Of a stretch of DNA of 64,000 bases, positions 19,096 through 28,806 are shown one piece after another. The stretch's first letter is position 1; each line of letters begins with the position of its first letter. The stretch lies in the NCBI GenBank assembly GCA_965140585.1, contig OZ223269.1, positions 480,001 to 544,000 of the forward strand, in the 5' to 3' direction. This DNA is from Spirochaetia bacterium. Lineage in GTDB: Bacteria > Spirochaetota > Spirochaetia > UBA9216. The notes beneath the pieces are model-generated. The model made no database searches and was not told the origin of the DNA. It was given only the letters and a program-made list of their open reading frames with translations. The translations under genes were made by a program, and so were the position numbers.

Positions 19096-21102
19096 GTGAA
19101 GAAAGTCAAATTAATTATAGGAACCGTTAATAACGGTTCCGCATCTTTTACAGAAGAAAAACTCAATCAGGTTTATGAAAATTCATACCTCCCTTTCCTC
19201 AAACTGATCCACGACTGTAAAATACCTGTAACCATGTATTACAGCGGTGAACTTATGTCCTGGATAATTGACAAACATGCGGGAATGCAGATGCTCTTTA
19301 ATGATCTTTTCAGGGAGCGGAAGATCGAAATCCTCGGCGGCGGGTACTATTCTCCTCTTTTTTCTCTTATTCCGAGAAAAGACAAGGTTGGACAGATTGA
19401 ACTGATGACTACCGAGCTGCGGCGCAGGTTCGGAAAGCGTCCCAGAGGCATGTGGATAACAGAAAAAGTCTGGGAACCCTCAATGCCTATGACGATGAAT
19501 TATGCAGGCATGGAGTATACATTTCTTGATGAAGAATTCTTTGAGGATGCCGGTTTATTTAACGGGGAACTCTATCAGCCGTGTATGACTGAAGATCAGG
19601 GTAAAAAAATCATTGTAATACCCCTGTCTAACCGAATACTAAGCCAGTTTCCGATATCTACACCTGAAGAGATAGTTTCCTCTATTCTCGAATGTCGAAG
19701 TGAGAAAGAAGAACGCATTGTCAGTTTTCTTCTGAGAGGAGAAGATCTCGATTTTTTAAAGGGTGCCGGGGATAAAATTAGACGCATATTTGAACTTATT
19801 GGTCAAAACAGCCGGAAAATTGATGTTCAGCTCCCCGGTAAAATTACAAGGAGTCTGGGGCCGCTTAAAAAAGTGTATTTCGGATGTGTTTCTCCAGGTG
19901 ATGTCGGCCGCTGGTCAGGACCGGTTTACCGTGATCGGCTGGATTATGAAGAAGGCTGGTCCGATAAATATGAAGATACCTCACTCGCAATAAACCCTGT
20001 TAACAACCAGAGTTTCTTCAGACACTTTCTAGCTAAATATCCGGAGAGTAATAACCTGTATTCAAGGATGATTAACATCCATTATCTTATTTCACAGCTT
20101 CGGGGAGACAAGCAGAGAAAGAAAAGCGCTGAAAATGAACTCTGGAAGAGTCAGAATCATATAGCATACTGGCACGGCGGAGGCGACCCCGGCATTTACT
20201 CATCAGATGCAAGGGCCAAGGCTTATACTGCTCTGATAGAGGCCGACAAGTATTCTAGAGAACGGGGTGTCTTTAAAACAAGTCTTGTTAAAGATGACTT
20301 TGATTTGGATGGTGTAGAAGAACTTATTTACCGCGGACCCGGAATGAATGCCTTCATCCATTTAAACGGAGGTATGATATTCGAACTTGATTACCTCAGG
20401 GTTTCATATAATTATGTGGACACTATGGCAAGGCATCATGAATGGTATCATAGCGCTGATGAAGTAAAAGACTGGTACACAAGAAATGCATTTGTCGATC
20501 ATTTCCTTCATCCTGATGAAAAGCTCCAGAATTTCTATGAAATGAAATACCGTGAAGCCGGTGATTTTCTTTCAGCACCCTACCGGATTGAGAAATATAA
20601 CAGGGATAAGAAAACCGTTCTTTTAGTAAGAAATGGAAATATCAGTACAAAGAAAAACCGTTTTCCTGTAATCCTGAAAAAAGAATACAGTTTTAAACGA
20701 AACAGCGTTATCGTTGACTATGAAATAATCAATAAATCCGAAGATGTTTTAAATACCGTTTTCGGAACAGAAATCAACCTGTCCTTCGGCGATCCGTACA
20801 GCTGCGGCGCAGAGTTCAAGCTTTTAAAAACTGACAGTGAAACAGTTCCTGAAGGTGAGGTATTCAGCGACAGCGGAGTGACAGAGATTCAGGTAAACGA
20901 CATTAAAAGGAAGACCGGTATTTCGCTGAATCCTGATATTCCCTGTTCACTTTGGGCATTTCCGGTAAAAACTCGTACAGGAACCGGAAAAGAAGTCGAG
21001 GAGCTGTATCAGTCATGCTGTTTTCTTCAGAAATGGGAACTTACCGTTAGTCCCGGAAAGAGCTGGAAGAACCGGGTTCAGCTCCGGCTTGAACGAAGTT
21101 AA
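19096..21102 (+). CDS. GH57 alpha-amylase/4-alpha-glucanotransferase-like protein (degenerate active site)
   Basis: SYLPFL, EILGGGYYSP, GMWITEKVW, FFRHFLAKYPESN, YWHG, DFDLDGVEE, and a C-terminal beta-sandwich (DUF1926-like). Confidence 0.85.
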   Translation: MKKVKLIIGTVNNGSASFTEEKLNQVYENSYLPFLKLIHDCKIPVTMYYSGELMSWIIDKHAGMQMLFNDLFRERKIEILGGGYYSPLFSLIPRKDKVGQIELMTTELRRRFGKRPRGMWITEKVWEPSMPMTMNYAGMEYTFLDEEFFEDAGLFNGELYQPCMTEDQGKKIIVIPLSNRILSQFPISTPEEIVSSILECRSEKEERIVSFLLRGEDLDFLKGAGDKIRRIFELIGQNSRKIDVQLPGKITRSLGPLKKVYFGCVSPGDVGRWSGPVYRDRLDYEEGWSDKYEDTSLAINPVNNQSFFRHFLAKYPESNNLYSRMINIHYLISQLRGDKQRKKSAENELWKSQNHIAYWHGGGDPGIYSSDARAKAYTALIEADKYSRERGVFKTSLVKDDFDLDGVEELIYRGPGMNAFIHLNGGMIFELDYLRVSYNYVDTMARHHEWYHSADEVKDWYTRNAFVDHFLHPDEKLQNFYEMKYREAGDFLSAPYRIEKYNRDKKTVLLVRNGNISTKKNRFPVILKKEYSFKRNSVIVDYEIINKSEDVLNTVFGTEINLSFGDPYSCGAEFKLLKTDSETVPEGEVFSDSGVTEIQVNDIKRKTGISLNPDIPCSLWAFPVKTRTGTGKEVEELYQSCCFLQKWELTVSPGKSWKNRVQLRLERS

Positions 21103-22338
21103 TCAATCATATTTGCGCATTTTAGTGAACAGACTGTCTATCCACGGCCTTGATTCAATATAGAACTTGTCCTGGGCCTTGAGAAAGGCCTTGAACGAGT
21201 TATTATAATCCTCAAGAAAGTAATAGACCTGACCAAGATAAAAACTTGCTGATGCTTCAATATCACGGTCTCTGCGTATTTTCTGAAAATCAATAAGTCT
21301 TAGTTTTGCAGCCTCGTAATCCCCGCCGGAGAATTCTGAATTTAGAATTGCGGAAAGAATAGCCCGTTCACTTCCCTGTGCAGGATTTCGGTCCTGTTTG
21401 AGAATAACCGGTTCAATTACATCAGTTGCCGGAAGACTGATTCCCCTTAAAAGCATGGAAACTGCAGCTTCCGTAGATGTTGAGATATCTTTCTTCTCCG
21501 GAACTATATCAATGGCTGAAGTTGATAGCTCACGTCCGGTCTGAAATCCGCGGCTTAGCGAGAGGTAGGGAAGAGGTCTCGGTCTTGATATTACAGTCTT
21601 AGGCAGGCCGACACGTTCAGTATTTCTGAGTGTGATTTCAACGGGTACAGAGGTAAAGTTTTCTCCTGCTTTGAAAATGAAATTACCTGTTTTAATCAGA
21701 TTTGAATCTATGATACCGTAATAGTATCCGATACCCGGAACCGGATAATCAGTATATGAGCTGGCGGAACCCTGAATAGTTGCTATCAGGTTTGCTGCAA
21801 GCAGATCGTCACGGGACTCGATCGGTTCGGTATTCCTGTATACAAAAAGTTCAGATGCAGGTTTGCTTGAGCGGAATGAAAGCTGTATAGCTTCTTCTGT
21901 AGCCCAGGCTTTCAGGCTTGTGATAAGGGAAGGACTATTATCCTTGATCTTTTCAGCTATTCTTGCACCCTTGGTTGTTAAATTCCTGAAAGGAATAAAT
22001 ACTTCATTAAAATTACCGTCAGGTTCTTCCATGAAAACAGCATAATAGTAGTCGGTTCTGCTGTATGGCGGGAAATCTTCGTAATATTCAATATCTTTTG
22101 CTACACGTGCTATTTTAACTGCGGAAGACAGATTTTCGGAAGTAATCTGAACTGTATTCCGGTAGATTATACAAAGACCGTCTACATCATCTGTGTCATT
22201 CCAGGTCAGGGTTATACTGTTATCTCCCGATTCAGCCTTAAGTCTCGAGACAAACGGAGTAAAGATGGAATTTTCCTGACTGAATAGAGCGGAACATGCG
22301 ATTGTAAGTAAACTGAGCAGAATAATACTCTTTTTCAT
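21103..22338 (-). CDS. Secreted protein with two FN3-like beta domains and a C-terminal TPR
   Basis: Signal peptide. Duplicated motifs ITLTW..IYR..YED..YYYAV and IQLSF..VYR..YTD..YYYGI. FYLGQVYY TPR. Confidence 0.75.
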   Translation of the reverse strand: MKKSIILLSLLTIACSALFSQENSIFTPFVSRLKAESGDNSITLTWNDTDDVDGLCIIYRNTVQITSENLSSAVKIARVAKDIEYYEDFPPYSRTDYYYAVFMEEPDGNFNEVFIPFRNLTTKGARIAEKIKDNSPSLITSLKAWATEEAIQLSFRSSKPASELFVYRNTEPIESRDDLLAANLIATIQGSASSYTDYPVPGIGYYYGIIDSNLIKTGNFIFKAGENFTSVPVEITLRNTERVGLPKTVISRPRPLPYLSLSRGFQTGRELSTSAIDIVPEKKDISTSTEAAVSMLLRGISLPATDVIEPVILKQDRNPAQGSERAILSAILNSEFSGGDYEAAKLRLIDFQKIRRDRDIEASASFYLGQVYYFLEDYNNSFKAFLKAQDKFYIESRPWIDSLFTKMRKYD

Positions 22339-22390
22339 ATCTTATATTATATTCGGTCTAATCCGGCATACACCATAGGAAAAAGAGGGT

Positions 22391-22419
22391 TTGACATAAA
22401 AAAAATATCTTTCTAAACT
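22391..22419 (+). promoter_or_regulatory. Near-consensus sigma70 promoter, with ATG at the expected +1 (leaderless)
   Basis: TTGACA-17 nt-TAAACT-6 nt-ATG(22426), no SD. Confidence 0.75.
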
Positions 22420-22425
22420 GTATCA

Positions 22426-22698
22426 ATGTTCGTATCAGTAGTATGTGATATTGCCGACGGCGGCCACAGAGATCAGGTTTTTGATTATCTTCGCCGATAC
22501 GGTTTTAAGAGTGTTATAGAGAACACCTTTGAGAGCACTTCAATAAGCGAGAAGGCTCTTCAGCGGCTGAAATGGGATATAGATAAATCCACTGATTTTT
22601 ATGATAAAATCAGGTTTTATCAGTATCCTTTTGAGGGAACTATGGTAATATCATTTCTCAACGAAAAGAAATGGAAAAAATCAGTTATTAAAACATAG
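22426..22698 (+). CDS. cas2: Stand-alone Cas2-like (Cas2/VapD ferredoxin-fold) protein
   Basis: 90 aa. VSVVCDI (compare LVxYDI, Asp8), LRRYGF..VIENTFE (compare L..yG..vQ.SVFE), DKIRFY (compare D.irvY). Confidence 0.75.
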   Translation: MFVSVVCDIADGGHRDQVFDYLRRYGFKSVIENTFESTSISEKALQRLKWDIDKSTDFYDKIRFYQYPFEGTMVISFLNEKKWKKSVIKT

Positions 22699-22717
22699 CA
22701 GACAAACGGGAGGCTTT

Positions 22718-23822
22718 ATGCTGCAGGATATAGACTCAGAGCTTGTTCAGCTCGAAAAAAAGATATCAGAAACTTGGAGGCATCTTTGACCCGGACAAGC
22801 TGAAGTCACAGATAGCCGAATTTGAAAAACAGACTGCCGACGAAAATTTCTGGAATGACCGTGAAAATGCAGAGAGAGTACTTGGCGATATGAAGCGAAT
22901 CAGGGGCAGACTTGAACCCTGGGAGCAGATTAAAACCGAGGTTGAAGATGCAAGGGAACTTTATACGCTGGCAGTTGAGGAAGAAGATGAATCCCTTGAA
23001 ACGGAAATTAAATCAGCGGTAGATGCCATAGCATCCCGTTATGAAAAACTTGAAATTCTTGAGCTTCTCGGTGATAAATTTGATTCAAATAATGCATTCC
23101 TTACTATACATTCCGGTGCCGGCGGAACTGAGGCCTGTGACTGGGTTAATATGCTTTACCGTATGTATTCAAGATGGATTGAAAGACATGATTTTAAATT
23201 CAGTCTGCTTGATCTCCTTGAAGCGGAAGGCGGCATAAAATCTGTTACTGTTCAGGTTTCAGGCGATTATGCTCATGGATACCTCAAGGGAGAATCGGGA
23301 ATACACCGGCTTGTAAGAATTTCTCCATTTGATTCAAGTGCCAGACGCCATACTTCATTCGCCTCTGTATATGTATCACCTGTGATTGAAGATGATATTG
23401 ATGTCGATATAAAACCGGATGATATCCGTATTGATACATACAGGGCTTCCGGAGCAGGCGGCCAGCATGTTAACAAGACCGACTCTGCAGTACGAATTAC
23501 TCATATTGCTACAGGTATTGTAGTGCAGTGTCAGAATGAACGCAGTCAGCATAAGAACAAAGCTAATGCAATGAAAGTTCTGCGTTCCAGGCTTTATGAG
23601 CACTATCAGGCTGAGCAGGAAAAAGAGAATGAAAAGCATGCCCAGGAAAAAAAAGATATTTCCTGGGGAAATCAGATAAGATCATATGTCTTTCATCCCT
23701 ACAACATGGTAAAAGATCACAGAACCAGGCATGAAACCGGAAATATTCAGGCGGTGATGGATGGAGACCTCGAAAAGTTTATAGAGGAATTTCTTAAATG
23801 GAACTGGGCGCAGAAAAACTGA
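22718..23822 (+). CDS. prfB: Peptide chain release factor 2, expressed through a programmed +1 frameshift
   Basis: SD GGGAGG and ATG 22718, 23 codons, then GGAGG-CAT-CTT-TGA-C slippery site (TGA 22787-22789). The +1 frame contains the SPF and GGQ motifs. Confidence 0.97.
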
Positions 23823-24217
23823 CGGACGGACTGCTCTCACGTGGTGTGATGATAGTCGATGATCTATCGTTTATGAGAACAGTAATACGTGAAATACTTG
23901 AAGAGGCATCAATTCCGGTTGCTGATGAAGCTGAAAACGGTCTTGAATGCCTTGAAAAATATTACAGCAATCCGGTTGATATTGTTCTGCTTGATATAAC
24001 CATGCCTGTAATGGATGGGCTGGAAGCACTTGAAAAGCTGATGAAAATTGACGGTAATGTCAAAGTTATAATGTGCTCTGCCATGGGACAGGATAAGTTT
24101 ATCATAAAGTCGATTCAGCTCGGTGCCCGGGATTTTATAGTAAAGCCTTTTAAACCGGAAAGAATACTTTCTGCAGTAAGGAAAGCTGCCGGGTATAATG
24201 AAAAATCAGTTAACTGA
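23798..24217 (+). CDS. Single-domain response regulator (CheY-like)
   Basis: IVDD, LLDITMPVMDG, SAMGQ, KPF. Confidence 0.9.
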   Translation: MELGAEKLTDGLLSRGVMIVDDLSFMRTVIREILEEASIPVADEAENGLECLEKYYSNPVDIVLLDITMPVMDGLEALEKLMKIDGNVKVIMCSAMGQDKFIIKSIQLGARDFIVKPFKPERILSAVRKAAGYNEKSVN

Positions 24218-25646
24218 AATGCGAAAACTCATTACGCTTTTACTGATGCTGTTTTCAGCAGCTGTCAGCCATTCTCTTGATCTGGAGCAGTCCCTGGCAG
24301 TTGGAATAACCGAATTCAGCTACACAGGCTCTTCCGGAAATGCATATCTTTCTTCAGCTCTTCCGGCGCGGATATATGAGAAAATCAGTATAACTGAAAG
24401 CCGTTTTGCCGGTCCTGCTGAACTTGGTCGAATGGCTCGCGAAGAGAAGTCCGAAGAGATTAAGCTTGCCCAAAAAGAACTTGAGACTCTCTATTCAGAG
24501 AGAGATCAATTTCTCTTTTCCGGCTCAGCTCAGCTTGATTTTAAAAACAGTCTTATCGAAAAAGATGAAAAAATCAGTGAAAAACTCGAACAAATTAATT
24601 CTCTGAATCTGGAATATACATCTTTTGAAACAGCACCTCTTTATAACCGGACAGCCGGGTTGAATCTTGAGTTTAAAAGGCCGGATGAACACAGTTTTTA
24701 TAAATTAAGTATTGATGAAGAGGCAACAGCTGATAAATACGACCTGGATTTTATACTCAGCGGAAATATAGAAGCTGTTGATGAGCTTGTTTATCTGGAT
24801 ATGATTATCTGGTATCGTTTCACGGAAGCTCCTGTTTACAGTTTTAAAACAGCAGTACCGGCTGCCGATATCTTTAATATTATCGACAGGCAGGCAAACC
24901 GCATTATTTCAGCTCTCCGTGATCGGGAATGGTCGCTTCTGACGCTGCGCAGCAACAGCAATGCAATGATCTATATCGATGATAATTTCAGCGGGATCTC
25001 TTTTATTTCAGATATAATGCTTCTGCCGGGAGCCCATAAAATTAAGGTTAGAATGCCGGGCTTTAAATCTGAAGAGAGGGTTATAAACACCAGTCCTGAT
25101 GAAAGACTTGAATATAATCTTTTTCTGAATGAACAGCTTGAGAAGGAATTTATCATCCAGACTTTCCCGCAGCATGCTGATATATATAAAAATTCTGTGT
25201 GGGAAGGCGAGTCTCCGGTCAAAATAACCGTAAACGAATTTCCAGCCACAATTATGATAAAAAAAGAGGGTTATAAAGATCAGATTTTCTTTGTTCATGA
25301 AAACGATCAGTCTCTTATGAACATCAATCTTAATTCTTCAGCTGCAGATGATGAGCTTCACATACAGAAGAAAAAGTCTGCATTTTATGGAAGTTTCGGT
25401 GCTGCACTGCTTTCAATTCCGCTTACCATGATGTCATATTCAGCTGTTGAGCAGTCTACTTTGGCCTACAACACCGAGCTGGCGCTTGAAAATTCCGATC
25501 AGTCTGTTCTGAATGACATCATTGCGCTTGAGTACGCGCAGTACGCTGTTTATCTGGGCTGTACAGGGCTGAATGTTTTTCTGATTTTTGATACAATAAT
25601 TAAAGCTGTTGATTATATTAACAGTGTTGAAATGTCGATCAAGTGA
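24198..25646 (+). CDS. Secreted/membrane PEGA-domain protein
   Basis: Signal peptide, coiled coil, two PEGA-like repeats (AMIYID..PGAHKIKVRMPGF; TFPQHADIY..GESP..IKKEGY), C-terminal hydrophobic helices. Confidence 0.8.
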   Translation: MKNQLTEMRKLITLLLMLFSAAVSHSLDLEQSLAVGITEFSYTGSSGNAYLSSALPARIYEKISITESRFAGPAELGRMAREEKSEEIKLAQKELETLYSERDQFLFSGSAQLDFKNSLIEKDEKISEKLEQINSLNLEYTSFETAPLYNRTAGLNLEFKRPDEHSFYKLSIDEEATADKYDLDFILSGNIEAVDELVYLDMIIWYRFTEAPVYSFKTAVPAADIFNIIDRQANRIISALRDREWSLLTLRSNSNAMIYIDDNFSGISFISDIMLLPGAHKIKVRMPGFKSEERVINTSPDERLEYNLFLNEQLEKEFIIQTFPQHADIYKNSVWEGESPVKITVNEFPATIMIKKEGYKDQIFFVHENDQSLMNINLNSSAADDELHIQKKKSAFYGSFGAALLSIPLTMMSYSAVEQSTLAYNTELALENSDQSVLNDIIALEYAQYAVYLGCTGLNVFLIFDTIIKAVDYINSVEMSIK

Positions 25647-25657
25647 TGAGGTAAATT

Positions 25658-26530
25658 TTGGCAGTTAACGGACTAGGTGCTAAACTTAAAAAACTATTCA
25701 GCGGTTCAGGCTCTGACGAAGAGTTTTATGAAGATCTTGAAGATCTTCTTATAGAAGGGGATATAGGCGCTTCTACCGCTATGGAACTCAGCGATATGCT
25801 GAAAGATAAATTCGGAAAAAAATGCAGGGCTTCAAAGGATGAGGTAACAGGATTTCTTCAGGAGAAACTGCAGGAAATGATAAAGACCGGAATGCCGGTA
25901 ATAGAGCCTTCCAGACTTAATATAATCCTTGTTCTAGGTGTGAACGGTGTAGGTAAAACCACAAGTATAGCTAAAATGGCTGATTTCTACCGGCGTGAAT
26001 ATGAGCTTGAGGCTGTTTTAAGTGCCGGTGATACTTTCAGGGCGGCAGCAATTGATCAGCTTAAGCTGCACGGTGAAAGATTGAATTTAAGAGTTATTCA
26101 CCAGCAGCCGGGTTCAGATCCGGGAGCTGTTATATATGACAGTATTGAAAGTGCTGTTTCAAAGGGTGAGAAACTGATAATAGCAGATACTGCCGGACGT
26201 ATGCACAATAAAGCAAATCTTGTGAAGGAGCTTCAGAAGATTGATAAAATAATTGCAAACAAGGCACCTGATGCTAACTACCAGAAAATACTGGTAATTG
26301 ATGCAACAACCGGTCAGAACGGTTTCAGGCAGGCGGAACTTTTTAGTGAGGCGGTAAAGGTGGACAGCATAGTGCTGACCAAGTATGATTCCACTGCTAA
26401 AGCAGGTACTGCTGTTTCAATATCCACCAAACTGGGTATTCCATTTGCTTTTATGGGCACAGGCGAAAAATACAGCGATTTTGCTGAATTTGATAAGAAA
26501 AAGTTTGTAGAGAATATGCTCAGGGAATGA
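25658..26530 (+). CDS. ftsY: Signal recognition particle receptor (NG domain only)
   Basis: GVNGVGKTT, DTFRAAA, DTAGR, DATTGQN, TKYD, GTGE. TTG start after GAGG. Confidence 0.96.
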   Translation: MAVNGLGAKLKKLFSGSGSDEEFYEDLEDLLIEGDIGASTAMELSDMLKDKFGKKCRASKDEVTGFLQEKLQEMIKTGMPVIEPSRLNIILVLGVNGVGKTTSIAKMADFYRREYELEAVLSAGDTFRAAAIDQLKLHGERLNLRVIHQQPGSDPGAVIYDSIESAVSKGEKLIIADTAGRMHNKANLVKELQKIDKIIANKAPDANYQKILVIDATTGQNGFRQAELFSEAVKVDSIVLTKYDSTAKAGTAVSISTKLGIPFAFMGTGEKYSDFAEFDKKKFVENMLRE

Positions 26531-27582
26531 TAAAGAAAGTATTCTTATTCTTAATTATTATTTTTATACCGGGAATACTCACGGCGCAGTTATATTTTAA
26601 ATCGAATATGATCGGTATGAGACTGGCTCCTGTTGAGGCCGATGAAGTATCAGGATTTGAGTGGCATCTTGAAGTATCTGATGATGCTGAGGACTCCGAG
26701 GTTTCCATCCTGTACCATGAGGGTCGTATTTACTCCAGAAAAACTGTTTCTGTTTCAGGCGGTAAATCAGTTGAAACCCTTACTAAGGCTGATGTGACAG
26801 AAATCTCAGTCAGAGAGGACGGTCTGGTGATTTCTGAAGAATCAAGAAATTCAGACGGCACTGACTTAAAAACTGTTTACAGCTACTCAGGAGCAGATAT
26901 CAGTGAGGTTACATCGTATGAAAATGAAACACGGCTGTATACTGATCGCTATTTGTATTCTGCAGGCGGCAGACTTCTTGATGTAAAAAGAGAGTATACT
27001 GACAGTGATGATTCTTCACTTATGTCCTTTCTTTTTACTGGTGGAAATATCAAAGCCTACCTTATCAGTATGACAAAAAAAAGCAGCCTCCTGGTTTATG
27101 ACGATGAAGGCAGGCTTAAACTGGAAGAAGTTAAAAATGATCAGACTGTTACTAAAATAAGGCGTATAAGCAGGGACAGCCGCGGCAGCAGAGAGGTCAT
27201 AGAAAACAGTACCGACGGTACAGTTACCACTTTGACTTTTAATTTCGAAAATTTGCTTATACGAGAGGATCAGCGAGATTCGGATGGAATACGAATTAAA
27301 ACGGTCGATTTTACCTACAAGGATGGTAAGACTGCCTCAATTATTCGAACAGTGCCGGGAACGGTTGAAAAGGAATTTTTTACAAATGATAACGAGGGTA
27401 TACTTATTTCAGAATTGTATATGAGAAACGGAAACCGGATAAGAGAGATTAACTATACAGACGAAAACTCCTATTCAGAAATCTTCTATAGAAACGGCAG
27501 ACCCTCAGTAGAAATAAAATATGAGAATGATGATGCTGTTGAGGTAATAGATTTAATTTCGGGCGGGAGCAGCAATGATTAG
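26527..27582 (+). CDS. Secreted beta-rich protein with YD-like repeats
   Basis: Signal peptide. Repeated Y.Y..GRL, YDDEGRL and Y..G motifs. Confidence 0.7.
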   Translation: MIKKVFLFLIIIFIPGILTAQLYFKSNMIGMRLAPVEADEVSGFEWHLEVSDDAEDSEVSILYHEGRIYSRKTVSVSGGKSVETLTKADVTEISVREDGLVISEESRNSDGTDLKTVYSYSGADISEVTSYENETRLYTDRYLYSAGGRLLDVKREYTDSDDSSLMSFLFTGGNIKAYLISMTKKSSLLVYDDEGRLKLEEVKNDQTVTKIRRISRDSRGSREVIENSTDGTVTTLTFNFENLLIREDQRDSDGIRIKTVDFTYKDGKTASIIRTVPGTVEKEFFTNDNEGILISELYMRNGNRIREINYTDENSYSEIFYRNGRPSVEIKYENDDAVEVIDLISGGSSND

Positions 27583-28774
27583 GAAATGGATTATTTTTAT
27601 TTCCTCCAGATATATGCAGGTCGGACGAAAAAACAGAAGATTCACTGCTACACTTTTATCGGGAATAGGTATAGCCGTCGGTGTAACGGCATTGATAACG
27701 GTTATATCGGTTATGAACGGTTTTCAGATGGGATTTATAGAGGACATTCTTGAGATATCATCTTTTCATGTGATGGTAGAGGGTATTGATGCCGACATTG
27801 CAGCTGAAATCAGAAAACTTCCCGCTGTAAGAAGTGTAATGCCCTTTAAAGACACCCAGAGTATAATAAGCACAGATTATTCACTTGAGCCCTGTCTGAT
27901 AAAGGGGATTCCGCCTGATTTTCAGACTCTGGATCCAGGTTTTGCGAATCAGCTGAACATAACTGACGGTGAGCTGGAGCAGGATGTTCATTCGGTGATT
28001 ATCGGGAGGACTATGGCATACCGGCTTGGCGTAAATATTGGTGATAAAGTCTCCCTAATGTCTCTTAACGGCGGAAAGTTCAATGCTATGAGACCCGTTA
28101 CGACAGACTTTATAATAAGCGGTTTTTTCAGATCCGGATACAGCGATTTTGATTCCAGTCTGATGATTACAAATCTTGAAGATATCGAAGTCCTCGATGG
28201 TATTACCGGAATAAAATACGGGGTAAAACTTAAGAACCGTTTCAGAACTAATTCGGCCATTCAGAGTATCTCAGACATTGTGGGTGATTATGATACGGTA
28301 AGCGTCACAGGCTGGCAGGAATACAACAGAGCATTTTTCGGAGCACTCAGGCTTGAAAAAAATATGATGTTTATTCTTCTTGGACTGATTTTTCTTGTCG
28401 TTTCTTTCGGAATATTCAATTCTACCCGTCGAACTGTCTTTGAGAAGCAGGAAGAAATCGGTATTCTAAGAGCAATAGGAGCCACCCCTTCGAATATCAG
28501 GAATATATTCATTATCGACGGTTTTATCATCGGTGCGGGCGGCGGACTGACAGGTGTGGTTCTCGGACTTCTGATCACTTTTAATATAAACAATATTCTT
28601 GGACTTCTATCACTCAGGACAGCAGGATTTCTTATTGATGTTCCGGTCAGGGTCGTCCCCTCCGAGGTGACATTAATTTTTTCAGCCGCTGTAATTTTCT
28701 GTATAGCCGCGGCTGCCGCTGCTTCTGCAAGGGTTTCAAGAATAATGCCGCAGGAGGTTCTGCGGTATGAGTAG
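27575..28774 (+). CDS. lolC: LolC/E-family ABC permease
   Basis: GIAVGVTALITVISVMNGF, EIGILRAIGA, PQEVLRYE terminus. Confidence 0.85.
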   Translation: MIRKWIIFISSRYMQVGRKNRRFTATLLSGIGIAVGVTALITVISVMNGFQMGFIEDILEISSFHVMVEGIDADIAAEIRKLPAVRSVMPFKDTQSIISTDYSLEPCLIKGIPPDFQTLDPGFANQLNITDGELEQDVHSVIIGRTMAYRLGVNIGDKVSLMSLNGGKFNAMRPVTTDFIISGFFRSGYSDFDSSLMITNLEDIEVLDGITGIKYGVKLKNRFRTNSAIQSISDIVGDYDTVSVTGWQEYNRAFFGALRLEKNMMFILLGLIFLVVSFGIFNSTRRTVFEKQEEIGILRAIGATPSNIRNIFIIDGFIIGAGGGLTGVVLGLLITFNINNILGLLSLRTAGFLIDVPVRVVPSEVTLIFSAAVIFCIAAAAAASARVSRIMPQEVLRYE

Positions 28775-28806
28775 GTCTGGTCCTATATTATTTCGGGAGG
28801 ATTATT

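Noticed and set aside
22787-22789. prfB pseudogene or selenocysteine TGA
   Set aside because: The context is the canonical RF2 +1 frameshift site.
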